A stretch of DNA of 51,311 bases from an uncultured Acidimicrobiaceae bacterium (GCA_903845085.1 CAIMWD010000039.1:1-51311), one strand, 5' to 3'. Numbered from the stretch's first letter, positions 18,399-27,810 are shown. A program made the numbers and translations. The notes: generated by a model from the letters alone, not told the origin.

Positions 18399-19699
18399 TG
18401 GAGCCGCAGGAGGATGTGAGGTCCGACACGAGACCGGACACGCAGGCAGACCTTTGCCTCGGTGAGATGATCGAACTCCGCGTGGGGACGGTCTGCGCCG
18501 GTGGAGGCTTCGTCGCCAGAGCACCCGATGGACGTGTCGTCTTCGTCCGTCATGCGATCGAGGGAGAGCTGGTGCGGGCTCGGATCACTGAGGTCACCCG
18601 CAACTATCTGCGAGCGGACGCGATCGAGATCATGGAGCCCTCCTCCGACAGAGTCACTCCCCCCTGCGAATTTTCGGGGCCGGGGCGCTGTGGCGGCTGC
18701 GACTACCAGCACCTCGCCCTCTCCGCACAGCGCCGGGTGAAGGCCGACCGTATCGAGGAGCAGCTGTCGCGCCTCGCCGGTCTCTCGCGACGTGTCGTCG
18801 TCGAACCGGTCCCCGGTGACCGAGAGGGTCTCGCCTGGCGTACGCGGGTCGGCTATGGCGTTAATCCGGAGGGCATCGTTGGCCTTCACCGGTATCGCTC
18901 GCATGATCTTGAACCGATCACCCACTGCCTCCTCGCAACTCCCGAGGTCACCGAGATCGGCGTCGAAGAGGAGCATTGGCCGGGCGTGCGCGAGATCAAT
19001 GCCTTCTCTGCCCCTGATGGAAAGAGCAAGGTGCTCGATCTCGATACCGGACGGCGACCGATCGCTGCCGTTCCGCGGATGGAGGCCGACCTCGTCATCA
19101 ACCGAGAGGTCCACATCGGTAGAGGGCGAGTCGCGGTGGAGGTGCTTGGACGGCGCTACACCATTAGCCCGGGTGTCTTCTGGCAGGTCCATCCCGGTGC
19201 GCCCGCCACGCTGGCGAGTGCAGTTCTCGAGGGGGCGGGCGAGATCGGTGGCGCGCGGGTACTCGATCTCTACTGTGGAGCGGGACTCTTCAGCGCACTT
19301 TTGGGTCGCGCGGTTGGATCCGCGGGCGAGGTGATCGGGATCGAGCGCGATCGACGGGCCTGTAGCGATGCACGACACAACACCGCTGACCTCTCGATGG
19401 TCTCGGTGATGGAGGCCTCCGTCACCGCAGCGACGATCACCTCGCTCGGACAGCCACCCACCGTCGCAGTGCTCGATCCCGCCCGTGAGGGAGCCGGCGC
19501 AGCGGTCATCTCGGCACTGTGTCAGATGGCGCCTGCACTCCAACGAATCGTCTATGTCTCCTGTGATCCCGCAACCTTCGCGCGCGATGTCGCTACGGCG
19601 ACCTCGCTTGGATGGGAGCTTGGCTCACTTCGCGCCTTCGATCTCTTTCCTATGACCGAACATGTAGAACTTGTCGGGGTGCTGACGCCCAAAGATTGA
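18398..19699 (+). CDS. TRAM-domain, [4Fe-4S]-type 23S rRNA/tRNA (uracil-5)-methyltransferase (RlmD/RumA family)
   Basis: TRAM-like 'GGGFVARAPDGRVVFVRHAIEGELVRARITEV', Cys cluster 'CEFSGPGRCGGCDYQH' plus 'THC', SAM motif 'VLDLYCGAGLF', C-terminal 'YVSCDPATFARD ... FDLFPMTEHVE'. ATG 18398 overlaps the upstream TAA (TAATG). ATG 18467 is an alternative start. Confidence 0.8.
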   Translation: MEPQEDVRSDTRPDTQADLCLGEMIELRVGTVCAGGGFVARAPDGRVVFVRHAIEGELVRARITEVTRNYLRADAIEIMEPSSDRVTPPCEFSGPGRCGGCDYQHLALSAQRRVKADRIEEQLSRLAGLSRRVVVEPVPGDREGLAWRTRVGYGVNPEGIVGLHRYRSHDLEPITHCLLATPEVTEIGVEEEHWPGVREINAFSAPDGKSKVLDLDTGRRPIAAVPRMEADLVINREVHIGRGRVAVEVLGRRYTISPGVFWQVHPGAPATLASAVLEGAGEIGGARVLDLYCGAGLFSALLGRAVGSAGEVIGIERDRRACSDARHNTADLSMVSVMEASVTAATITSLGQPPTVAVLDPAREGAGAAVISALCQMAPALQRIVYVSCDPATFARDVATATSLGWELGSLRAFDLFPMTEHVELVGVLTPKD

Positions 19700-19779
19700 C
19701 TATCTCCTCCCGGCCAACTCCTCCTGGTCTGTTCGATGCAACTGCCAGCGAGTGATGCACCAAGATCAGCCGTGCACAG

Positions 19780-19814
19780 CAGAGAGCCCCGGGCTTATCG
19801 CCCGGGGCTCTCTG
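19780..19814. terminator. 14-bp perfect hairpin between convergent genes
   Basis: cagagagccccggg / cccggggctctctg with loop cttatcg. Lies between the methyltransferase stop (19699) and the TctA stop (19836). Confidence 0.6.
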
Positions 19815-19835
19815 TATGCGTGCCGTGGCGAAGTG

Positions 19836-21992
19836 CTACAGGTTGATCATCGCCGTAAAGGTGAGGTGCAAGAGGTTCAACATCTCATAGGTCGCTCCCC
19901 AGAGAACGCCAGCTCCTACCGCAGAGTAGATGATCCGCTTGGTGACGCTCGGCATCACGCGACGGGCCGCCCACATGCCATAGAGCACCGTAAAGACGGG
20001 GACGGTGAGGAGAAAACCAAAGACGTACATCGCGCCGGTGAGCGCACAGTAGATCGCGATTCCAAAGGTCTCACGGGTGTACTGGCCGTTCCAGCCCCAC
20101 ATCTTCTCGACGATGGTCGGCAGTGGCTTCTTGCCGGTCTTCGCATCGATCTCCGGTAGTGGCGCGATAGCTGCCAGTCGATCGGCCTTCAAAACCTTGC
20201 GGATCTTGAGGTAGTGAATGTAGGCAGCGATATCTGGCGGAACGCGCCAGGCCGCACCTAGCGTTGCCATACCGCCACCCAATACCGGGAAGAGCGCCGA
20301 GTTCCAGCGGAACTCCACCAGCGAATAGACGACGATGGTCAGGCTGAGGCCAAAGAGTACGAGCGTCGTCAGCATCGCCAGCTGGGGGTAAGGGTTCTGC
20401 TTCGCAAAGCGCGCTGCCTCGATCTCGGCACGCTTGATCGGGTCCTCCTCCTCGATCGGAGGGTTCGCCTTACGTGCATCACCACGGAGCTGCACGGCCT
20501 TCAGAATCATGACGCCGATCGCGATCGCAAAGAGCACATCTGCGAGGGGACGCGCGGTCACAAAGGACCAGCCCGGGAAGACCTCATGGGTCAAGAAGAT
20601 GTTGTTCTCCAGTGTCGGTCCGAGCACGAGACCGATGGCAAACGCGGCGAGCGAGTAGCGCAACCTGCGCAGCAGGAATCCGACGATCGTAAAGACAAGT
20701 CCCTCAACGACAGTGAAGAAGGAGATATCAGCGACGAATGGTCCCAGCGCGGAGAGCACCATGATGAAGGGCAACAACAGCGGCCCCGGAACCAGCGTGA
20801 TACGTGCGAGAAGCGGAGAGGCAAGGAGACCGATGGCCGTTCCGATGATTCCACCGAGCGCGATGACCCACATCATCTCGTAGGGAAGCGTGGGGTACTG
20901 GGTGTTAAAGCCGTAACCGACGTGCACACCCTTGATCACCAACGCGGCGAGGAACAGTGCACCACCGACGCCACCGGGGATACCCAGACCGATGATCGGG
21001 ATCATGCTTCCCGCCTCCTTCGAGAGGGAGGAGGCCTCCGGGGCGATGATGCCCTCCGGAATACCCGTACCGAAGAGCGCGCGGTTCTTACTCGTCTGCT
21101 GTGCGACTCCGTAGGAGAGGAAGTTGGCAGCGAACCCACCAATTCCCGGGATGACGCCGGTCATGACACCGATAAGACCACCGCGGATGAGCGCAACCCA
21201 GTGAGTCGCCGCCTCACCCATTCCCTGAAGGATCTGCTTCGAAAAGCCCTTCTGGAGTCCCACCGCCTCCTGAGCCTCGACCTCATTTCCCATCATGTCC
21301 TGTCGGGCGATCGTCGTCGCCGTACCAAAGATGAGGATCATCTGTGGCACTGCGAAGAGCCCAAGCGCCAAGGAGACGAGCGAGATACCGCTAATCAGTG
21401 CGACGGAGCCAAAGGTGAACCGCTGGACCGCGGTCACGGGGTCGGTGCCGATTGCGGAGAGCACGATGCCGATTCCGGCAGAGACGATGGCTTTGGAGAC
21501 CTTATCGGTACCAAGCGTTCCCACCAAGAGGAGGGCGATGAGCACCAGGGCAACGAACTCTGGTGGGTGGAAGATCAGCGGCAGCTGATTCACGATCTGG
21601 ATAAAGCCGACCAGTACGGCACAGCCGACCAAACCACCAAGACAGGTCGCGGTTGCGCTAATGCCGAGCGCTCGCCCCGCCTCGCCGCGTTGGGCCATTG
21701 GGAAGCCATCGAAGGTCACTGCGAAGGCCTCGGGGTGCGCCGGGGTGTTCAGCAGGATGGAGGTCACCGAGGCGCTGTAATAACTCGCCGCCTGCACCGC
21801 CAGGAAGAGACAGATCGTTCCCGTGAGGGAGATGTGATAGATGAAAGCGAGGATGATGCTCAAGATCACCGCGCCACCAAGCCCCGGAATAACGCCAAAG
21901 ACCACACCGATCAAAGATCCACCAAAGAGATAGATCAGACCCTGTGTGTTCCCCAATGCCGTCAGACCACCTACAAGGTTCTGAAGAAACAT
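19836..21992 (-). CDS. tripartite tricarboxylate transporter large permease (TctA/DUF112) with extra C-terminal 4-5 TM module (TctB-like by position)
   Basis: 'LFGGSLIGVVFGVIPGLGGAV', 'LLNTPAHPEAFAVTFDGFPMAQRGEAGRALG', 'GVIPGIGGFAANFLSYGVAQQ' TctA repeats. About 215 extra C-terminal residues with further TM segments. Start set at ATG 21992 (MFLQNL...), preceded by GGGGGAAAAGG. The ORF is open to 22082. Confidence 0.75.
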   Translation of the reverse strand: MFLQNLVGGLTALGNTQGLIYLFGGSLIGVVFGVIPGLGGAVILSIILAFIYHISLTGTICLFLAVQAASYYSASVTSILLNTPAHPEAFAVTFDGFPMAQRGEAGRALGISATATCLGGLVGCAVLVGFIQIVNQLPLIFHPPEFVALVLIALLLVGTLGTDKVSKAIVSAGIGIVLSAIGTDPVTAVQRFTFGSVALISGISLVSLALGLFAVPQMILIFGTATTIARQDMMGNEVEAQEAVGLQKGFSKQILQGMGEAATHWVALIRGGLIGVMTGVIPGIGGFAANFLSYGVAQQTSKNRALFGTGIPEGIIAPEASSLSKEAGSMIPIIGLGIPGGVGGALFLAALVIKGVHVGYGFNTQYPTLPYEMMWVIALGGIIGTAIGLLASPLLARITLVPGPLLLPFIMVLSALGPFVADISFFTVVEGLVFTIVGFLLRRLRYSLAAFAIGLVLGPTLENNIFLTHEVFPGWSFVTARPLADVLFAIAIGVMILKAVQLRGDARKANPPIEEEDPIKRAEIEAARFAKQNPYPQLAMLTTLVLFGLSLTIVVYSLVEFRWNSALFPVLGGGMATLGAAWRVPPDIAAYIHYLKIRKVLKADRLAAIAPLPEIDAKTGKKPLPTIVEKMWGWNGQYTRETFGIAIYCALTGAMYVFGFLLTVPVFTVLYGMWAARRVMPSVTKRIIYSAVGAGVLWGATYEMLNLLHLTFTAMINL

Positions 21993-22134
21993 AAGAGACC
22001 TTTTCCCCCATTTCATTGTTGCGATTGGTGCAAGTTTCCTAAACGCTAGCCTACGTATTTGTCCGTGCAGGAAACTTTGCACGCTGTGACCTGCGAATAA
22101 ATGTCATCCCTCTAAAGTTAAAAGACCCTAACTA

Positions 22135-23421
22135 TTAGCCACGCGTAGCATCTCCTCTGCGCTCCACTCCGCGCGTGAGGACGAGGTGTACATCGTCCGT
22201 GTGCCCCTCGGAAAAGCCGACCTCGCAGTAGCTGAGGTAGGCACCGAAGAGCCGCTGCAGCTCACGGGGGGTGCCCAACGCATCAAGCCGCTCGGCGTTG
22301 TCGTGAAGACGACGACGCCAGCGACGGAGCGTCTCTCCATAGTGGGGACCGATCGAGCTCACCTCCTCGAGAGTGAGCTCACTCGCTCGCTCGATGGCAC
22401 GACGCAGCGCGCGGAGAGAGGGAATACAGCTCCCCGGAAAGATCATCGCCTTGATGAAGTCCTCGCGATACTTCGCGCGTTCGAAGGAACGATCATCGAT
22501 CGTGATCGCCTGGATGCAGGCGAGCCCGCCGGGAAGGAGGAGCGCACTGCACTTGGCGAAGAACTCCTCATAGTTTCGCCAGTCAACCGCCTCAATCATC
22601 TCAACGCTGACTAATTTGTCAAAACTTCCTGTGAGGTCGCGCCAGTCCGCACCCAATACCGTGATCCGATCGGAGAGTCCGTGAACATCCACCTTCTCCT
22701 TGACATAGACAAGCTGCTCGGTCGAGATCGTCGTCGTGGTGACTCTGCAGCCATAATTTCTTGCGGCGAAGACGGCGAACTCGCCCCATCCCGAACCGAT
22801 CTCAAGCAGGTGGTCCGTCGGACCAAGCTGCAGGCGTTGGCACATGAGATCGATCCGATGGTGCTGCGCCTCAACCAGCGTGCTCTCCGGGCGGGGAAAG
22901 ATCGCGCAGGAGTATGTCATGGTCTCGTCCAGCACACACTCGAAGAAATCGTTGGAGAGGTCATAGTGTGCCGAGATGTTGTGACGGTCCTGGTGTCGCC
23001 CCGGCCGACCGGAGCGGTGCAGAAGATCACGAAGCGACCGCACCAGGGCGAAATTCGCGAGTCGGTCAAGGCGAGCGCGAGAACGATCGAGGCGATGGAA
23101 GAGCACCCGGAGTACGGCGGTGAGGTCCTCTGTCTCCCACCATCCCGCGGCGTACGAGGCGCAGAGTCCCCGCGAGCCGTGTCGCACCATCGATCCCCAA
23201 CACCGTGGATCGACGATGGTGATCGTTGCCTCAGCTGGTTGACCGAGCGAGGTGACCATAGCGCCCTCCACGAGGTCGAGCGCGAGCCCCCTGCCACGGT
23301 ACGCAAGGCTCAAGAGGAGACGTCGCGCAAGGCGATCGAGGACCACTGTCAGGCGCGCACGCTGCGCGAGATTGAGGAGATGCGTCGCCTCAATCTCACG
23401 CACGGATAGCTCCTCAGCCAT
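22135..23421 (-). CDS. cyclopropane-fatty-acyl-phospholipid synthase-like SAM methyltransferase
   Basis: 'NISAHYDLSNDFF', 'MTYSCAIF', 'LLEIGSGWGEFAVFAARNYGCRVTTTTIS', 'SVEMIEAV' CFA/mycolic-acid-synthase family motifs. Confidence 0.88.
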   Translation of the reverse strand: MAEELSVREIEATHLLNLAQRARLTVVLDRLARRLLLSLAYRGRGLALDLVEGAMVTSLGQPAEATITIVDPRCWGSMVRHGSRGLCASYAAGWWETEDLTAVLRVLFHRLDRSRARLDRLANFALVRSLRDLLHRSGRPGRHQDRHNISAHYDLSNDFFECVLDETMTYSCAIFPRPESTLVEAQHHRIDLMCQRLQLGPTDHLLEIGSGWGEFAVFAARNYGCRVTTTTISTEQLVYVKEKVDVHGLSDRITVLGADWRDLTGSFDKLVSVEMIEAVDWRNYEEFFAKCSALLLPGGLACIQAITIDDRSFERAKYREDFIKAMIFPGSCIPSLRALRRAIERASELTLEEVSSIGPHYGETLRRWRRRLHDNAERLDALGTPRELQRLFGAYLSYCEVGFSEGHTDDVHLVLTRGVERRGDATRG

Positions 23422-24205
23422 GATCCCCTCTCCCCTCTCCTGTTCGACCGACGCCCGTTGGTTCTCGCCGAGGGTGCGGGTAAAAGATCGCGCCCTTTAA
23501 TTTAAGGCGCAGAGCACTGATATAGATCCCCCACGAGACACGAAATGTCATCGCCGGGACCGCCCAGAGAAGTCGCGCGAGTGACCTTCGGTCGCCGCCG
23601 AGGTATCGCAGCGCCATTGAGGCGTGCAGTACCTCTTCTGCTCCCTGCATGACAGAGAAGCTGATCGCAAGATGCTCCGCCGGCGCGCTGTAGCTGATCT
23701 CATAACCAAGACCCATGGGGAGAAAGGGCGACACATGCAGCTGCTTCTCCACCCGGTGCGCTCCCGGCGCTCCGATGCAGTAAGCGAGACGTTCGTGCCA
23801 CGGGGTGTTCTCAACCTCAAAGAGCAGATGCTCTACCTCTCTCCCTGCAGAATCGAAGCAGTAGTAGATCGTGATGGGATTAAACAGCCAACCCCAACTG
23901 CGAAGATTTGCGAGCATCACGATCGGACCACTCGGGCGCACACCGGTCTCCGCCTCGACCCGATCGGCGATAGCGCGCGAGAGCGGCCGCTCGGGGTCGC
24001 CGAAGAAGTCCCGGCGCCGAAACCACAGCGGCGCGATATGCGTAGCCGAGTAGAGCGGACTCGCTGCCATGAACTCCTCGACATGATCAAGATTCAGGTA
24101 GGCGAGCGCGACGCGATAGCGGAGATGGTGCGTCGGACCCTGGCCGTGGCGTCGGTGAACTACCTCGCCGACATAGACGGCGTTCTTCGATGGCAGTGAG
24201 CTCAT
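23414..24205 (-). CDS. DUF1365-family protein
   Basis: 263 aa. 'VYVGEVVHRRHGQGPTHHLRYRVALAYLNLD', 'ITIYYCFD'. Sits in the classic position between the FAD oxidoreductase and the CFA-synthase-like gene, overlapping both. Confidence 0.78.
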   Translation of the reverse strand: MSSLPSKNAVYVGEVVHRRHGQGPTHHLRYRVALAYLNLDHVEEFMAASPLYSATHIAPLWFRRRDFFGDPERPLSRAIADRVEAETGVRPSGPIVMLANLRSWGWLFNPITIYYCFDSAGREVEHLLFEVENTPWHERLAYCIGAPGAHRVEKQLHVSPFLPMGLGYEISYSAPAEHLAISFSVMQGAEEVLHASMALRYLGGDRRSLARLLWAVPAMTFRVSWGIYISALRLKLKGAIFYPHPRREPTGVGRTGEGRGDHG

Positions 24206-25452
24206 CGGCGGCCGCGCATCATCTCAACACACCGCAGTGCACTGCGCATGCCATCCTCGTGAAACCCATAGAACCAGTAGGCACCACAGAACCAGGTCCG
24301 ATTTTGGCCATTGATCTCATGCCACCGCGCCTGGGCGGCTACGGCAGCGGCGTCAAAGATGGGGTGGGCATACTCCACCTCAGCAAAGATCCGATCTGGT
24401 TCGATCTCTTCGGATCGATTCAACGTCAAAAGAAGAGGCACTGAGGTCGACAGTCCCTGCAGGTGATCGAGCCAATAGGTGAGGGTGGGCAGAGCAGAAC
24501 GACTACGGGTGACGTGGTAGTTCCAACTTGCCCACACCGCACGATGGCGCGGCATGAGCGAAGTGTCGCAGTGCAGCGTCGCCCTATTTGACTGGTATCG
24601 GATGGCCGCGAGCACCTCGCGCTCTAACGGGGTGACATCGCAAAGAAGTGCGAGCGCGCTATCACTGTGCGTCGCAAGCACGACCTCATCGAAGGTCTCT
24701 GTCCCCGTCGCAAGCGAAAGTTCGACACCCTCAGAGGTACGGTGAATTCCTGTTACCTCGGTGTTACGTCGCGCGCTCCCTTGCGCCTCGATCGCGCCGA
24801 TGAGGTGATCAACGTAGGTGCGGGACCCTCCCTCGATCGTGCGCCAGGTCGGCTGCTCACGGTAGGTCAGCCATCCGTGGCGATCGAAGAACCGCGCGAA
24901 GGTAGCGAGTGGCATCTGGGTAAAGGTTGCGGGATCTGCCGACCAGATCGAGGCACCGAGTGGAATGAGATACCACTCCAAAAACCCCTGCGACCACGAG
25001 CGTTGAGAGAGAAAGTCCGCGAGCGTGCGAGTGCTCTCGGTAAGTGCACCTAGCTCGGCGCGGACGAGGCGGTTGAACCGCACGATCTCCACCAGCATCC
25101 GCCAGAACGCAGGACGGAGAAGGTTGCGTCGTTGGGCAAAAAATGTCGAGAACGAGGTCGCGCGCCATTCAAGGTCGTTGCGCTCGTCGCGAACGCCAAA
25201 ACTCATGTCACTCGATCGCCAGGGGATGCCAAGCGTTTCGATCATCGCGCAAAAGTGCGGATAGGTGCGATCGTTGAAGACCAAGAACCCGGTATCGACC
25301 GCGACATCTCCCTCGGGAAGGGTGACGAGGTGAGTGTCCGCATGGCCGCCAAAGCGATCATCGCGCTCAAAGAGCACGACCTCGTGCGCCTCACTCAGAC
25401 GCCAAGCCGCCACGAGGCCAGAGATGCCACTACCCACAACGGCAACTCTCAT
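24202..25452 (-). CDS. FAD-dependent oxidoreductase (amine-oxidase / phytoene-desaturase-like)
   Basis: 'MRVAVVGSGISGLVAAWRL ... VVLFERDDRFGGHA' dinucleotide-binding motif. 416 aa. Confidence 0.85.
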   Translation of the reverse strand: MRVAVVGSGISGLVAAWRLSEAHEVVLFERDDRFGGHADTHLVTLPEGDVAVDTGFLVFNDRTYPHFCAMIETLGIPWRSSDMSFGVRDERNDLEWRATSFSTFFAQRRNLLRPAFWRMLVEIVRFNRLVRAELGALTESTRTLADFLSQRSWSQGFLEWYLIPLGASIWSADPATFTQMPLATFARFFDRHGWLTYREQPTWRTIEGGSRTYVDHLIGAIEAQGSARRNTEVTGIHRTSEGVELSLATGTETFDEVVLATHSDSALALLCDVTPLEREVLAAIRYQSNRATLHCDTSLMPRHRAVWASWNYHVTRSRSALPTLTYWLDHLQGLSTSVPLLLTLNRSEEIEPDRIFAEVEYAHPIFDAAAVAAQARWHEINGQNRTWFCGAYWFYGFHEDGMRSALRCVEMMRGRR

Positions 25453-25515
25453 CGGGGCATCCCCTCACTCTCCATTGGCTGCACGAGCTCGCGGTCACAC
25501 TAAGTTAGCGAGGTA

Positions 25516-25953
25516 ATGGCGAGATACCTCACGACGATACGGGCGCCACTCAGTGCCTCCGCACTGTTCACCTATCTGGCAACCTTTTCGAACGCAAAAT
25601 TTTGGGATCCAAGTGTGCGTTCGGCCTCATTCGACGGTGACGGCGTCCCCCAGTTGGGTAGTCGGTATCAGTTGGAGATCGCGGCGCGCCGAGGCACCAC
25701 GACCTTTGACTACACCATCATCGAGTTCATCCCCTCCGAACGGGTTGTCCTCGAGGCGATTACGAAAAACTTCTACTCACGCGACACCATCGATATTCGC
25801 CCATTGGATGTACATCACGCAGAGTTCACCTACGAGGCGACGCTGCGTTTTCGCGGATTTGCAGCAATCGCCAACGGGGCACTCTTCTTTGTCCTGCGAA
25901 AGATCGGACGCCGCGCGGAGATCGGGCTAAGGCGGGAGCTCGAGGCGACATGA
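25516..25953 (+). CDS. SRPBCC (START/polyketide-cyclase-like) ligand-binding protein
   Basis: 145 aa. 'APLSASALFTYLATFSNAKFWDPSV ... YQLEIAARRGTTTFDYTIIEFIPSERVVLE' pattern typical of SRPBCC proteins. Assigned by eye. Confidence 0.65.
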   Translation: MARYLTTIRAPLSASALFTYLATFSNAKFWDPSVRSASFDGDGVPQLGSRYQLEIAARRGTTTFDYTIIEFIPSERVVLEAITKNFYSRDTIDIRPLDVHHAEFTYEATLRFRGFAAIANGALFFVLRKIGRRAEIGLRRELEAT

Positions 25954-26945
25954 TCCAAGAGAGGAGCACGCCGCTACGTGACGCCATCGACCGATCGATG
26001 GAGCTCCTCATCGCTCCCAGCTTCGCGCGATCGGGCTGCCTCCTGCGAAGCCGCCTCTACCGGTGGCCTGAGATCTCGGCGCCGTTGCCTGGCGCGCACG
26101 TGGTGGTCGCGGGCGCAACCTCGGGGATCGGCCTCGCCAGTGCGCACCGATACGCCCGCTTGGGCGCTCACCTCCACCTCATTGGACGGGATGCGACGCG
26201 CGCAGCGCATGCGCGCGAAGAGTTGCTGAAAGATGGCGCGAGCGCCGTCGAGATCTCTCTCGTCAACCTTGCCGAGCGCGATGAGGTGACCGCGCTCGCC
26301 TCCCACCTCTGCGGTGCGATTCCTCGCCTCCACGCGCTGGTCTATAGCGCCGGAATCCTGCGCCATGACTACGCCATCAATAGCTCGGGTACGGAGGAGA
26401 CAATCGCGACGCATCTCCTCGCTCCCTATCTCCTCGCCAATGGACTCTCGGAGCTCCTGGCGCAGAGTAAGGGTGGCTCTTTTATCCTGGTCAGCTCCGG
26501 GGGTGCATATACCCAACGGCTCGACCTCGCGATGCTGGAGATGACGCGGGAGAGCTACAACGGAACGATCGCCTATGCGCGTGCCAAACGTGCCCAGATC
26601 ACGCTCGCTCCGGCGATCGAGCATCGACTCGGTGGCACGGGCGCGCGGGTCTATGCGATGCACCCCGGTTGGGTCGATACACCAGGACTTACGCGGGGCC
26701 TTCCCCGCTTTGCGCGACTCCTCCGTCCCCTGCTTCGGACACCGAGCGAGGGTGCCGAGACGATCCTCTGGCTCAGCGAGGTCTATACCGAGCAGGTGAG
26801 ACCCGGTACACCGGCGACGACCGGGCTCTTCCTCGATCACCGTGAGCGTCCGAGTGAGCGGCGCGGTCGCGAGGAGGATCCCGCGCTACAGGAGCAACTC
26901 CTTGGGTGGTGTGCTCGCCAGACCGGCGTCACCTTTGATGAATAG
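25950..26945 (+). CDS. short-chain dehydrogenase/reductase (SDR)
   Basis: 'VVVAGATSGIGLASA' (TGxxxGxG), 'LVYSAGI', 'YARAKRAQ' (YxxxK). ATGA overlap with the SRPBCC gene. Confidence 0.85.
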   Translation: MIQERSTPLRDAIDRSMELLIAPSFARSGCLLRSRLYRWPEISAPLPGAHVVVAGATSGIGLASAHRYARLGAHLHLIGRDATRAAHAREELLKDGASAVEISLVNLAERDEVTALASHLCGAIPRLHALVYSAGILRHDYAINSSGTEETIATHLLAPYLLANGLSELLAQSKGGSFILVSSGGAYTQRLDLAMLEMTRESYNGTIAYARAKRAQITLAPAIEHRLGGTGARVYAMHPGWVDTPGLTRGLPRFARLLRPLLRTPSEGAETILWLSEVYTEQVRPGTPATTGLFLDHRERPSERRGREEDPALQEQLLGWCARQTGVTFDE

Positions 26946-26948
26946 ACG

Positions 26949-27020
26949 AGCCCGAGAGGGGATTTGAACCCCTGACCTACGCATTACGAGTGCGTTGCTC
27001 TACCCCTGAGCTACCCGGGC
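26949..27020 (-). tRNA. tRNA-Thr (anticodon CGU), no encoded CCA
   Basis: Reverse complement folds as GCCCGGG/TA/GCTC-AGGGGTA-GAGC/A/ACGCA-CTCGTAA-TGCGT/AGGTC/AGGGG-TTCAAAT-CCCCT/CTCGGGC/T. Confidence 0.9.
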
Positions 27021-27274
27021 GCACATGCCACCACCGCGTGGCCGAGAGTGTCGGTTCGCCGTGAAGTTGGTGCGCTGACATCGTAGACGGCCCGCGAAGA
27101 CCCGCGAGATCGTCGGCGCCATGGACTCAGAAGCGTTCCTCCCCTGCGGTGGGGAGGTTTGTGAACGTCTGATCAATTGTTACCCAATATGACGGAGCGT
27201 CCCCTGACCGGACCTATCGTGGTAAGTGTCATACCGTAGGACAAGCGATAGCCCAACTGAAGGATGTGATTTAC

Positions 27275-27544
27275 ATGACCCAAGAGATTGAGCGTCTGAA
27301 TAGGGAGATCGCAGAACTCCTCGCCCTTCATGGTGATGGAGTGAATTCGGCAAGCCGTGTCATCAACCCACTTCTGGGAATCTGGTCGATCGCAAACGAG
27401 ATCGATCCGTCGGTGGCACTTCCCATCCAAAACCTGCTCTCCGTCCTGCCCCACCGAGCGCTGATCAGCGCCGATGAGCTCAAGGCGATCTTTGCGGAGA
27501 CACACGTAGCTCTCGACGCGCTGGCACAGCCGGTCTCGGTCTGA
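27275..27544 (+). CDS. hypothetical protein (89 aa, predicted coiled-coil N-terminus)
   Basis: ATG 27275 is preceded by GAAGGATG. 'MTQEIERLNREIAELLAL...'. No family recognised. Lies in a locally lower-GC patch. Confidence 0.4.
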   Translation: MTQEIERLNREIAELLALHGDGVNSASRVINPLLGIWSIANEIDPSVALPIQNLLSVLPHRALISADELKAIFAETHVALDALAQPVSV

Positions 27545-27810
27545 GACACGTTGGCCACAGATCGTGGCCACGCGTTCACAACAGAGAGTGAACGGCACCC
27601 CTCGTGGAAGCATCACTCTTCCCTTACACCGCCCCGCCATCGCGTGGACACCCTCCACGGTAGTACGGAGCTAATTTAAGTACCGCGCCAACGGTGGTAT
27701 TGGCCCGACCGCACGCGCGATTGCATCGGGCGAGAGCTTGCACCGTGTTGCGGGCCCCGTAACGGTGGTCGTGAGATGCACACGCGAGTGACTAAGCCAC
27801 AAATTGGAAC

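Noticed and set aside
27173-27658. 161-aa minus-strand ORF overlapping the 89-aa + strand orphan.
   Set aside because: It has a Cys/Arg-rich, motif-free translation and no Shine-Dalgarno sequence. The + strand ORF has a better start context and composition. Neither ORF can be proven from sequence alone.
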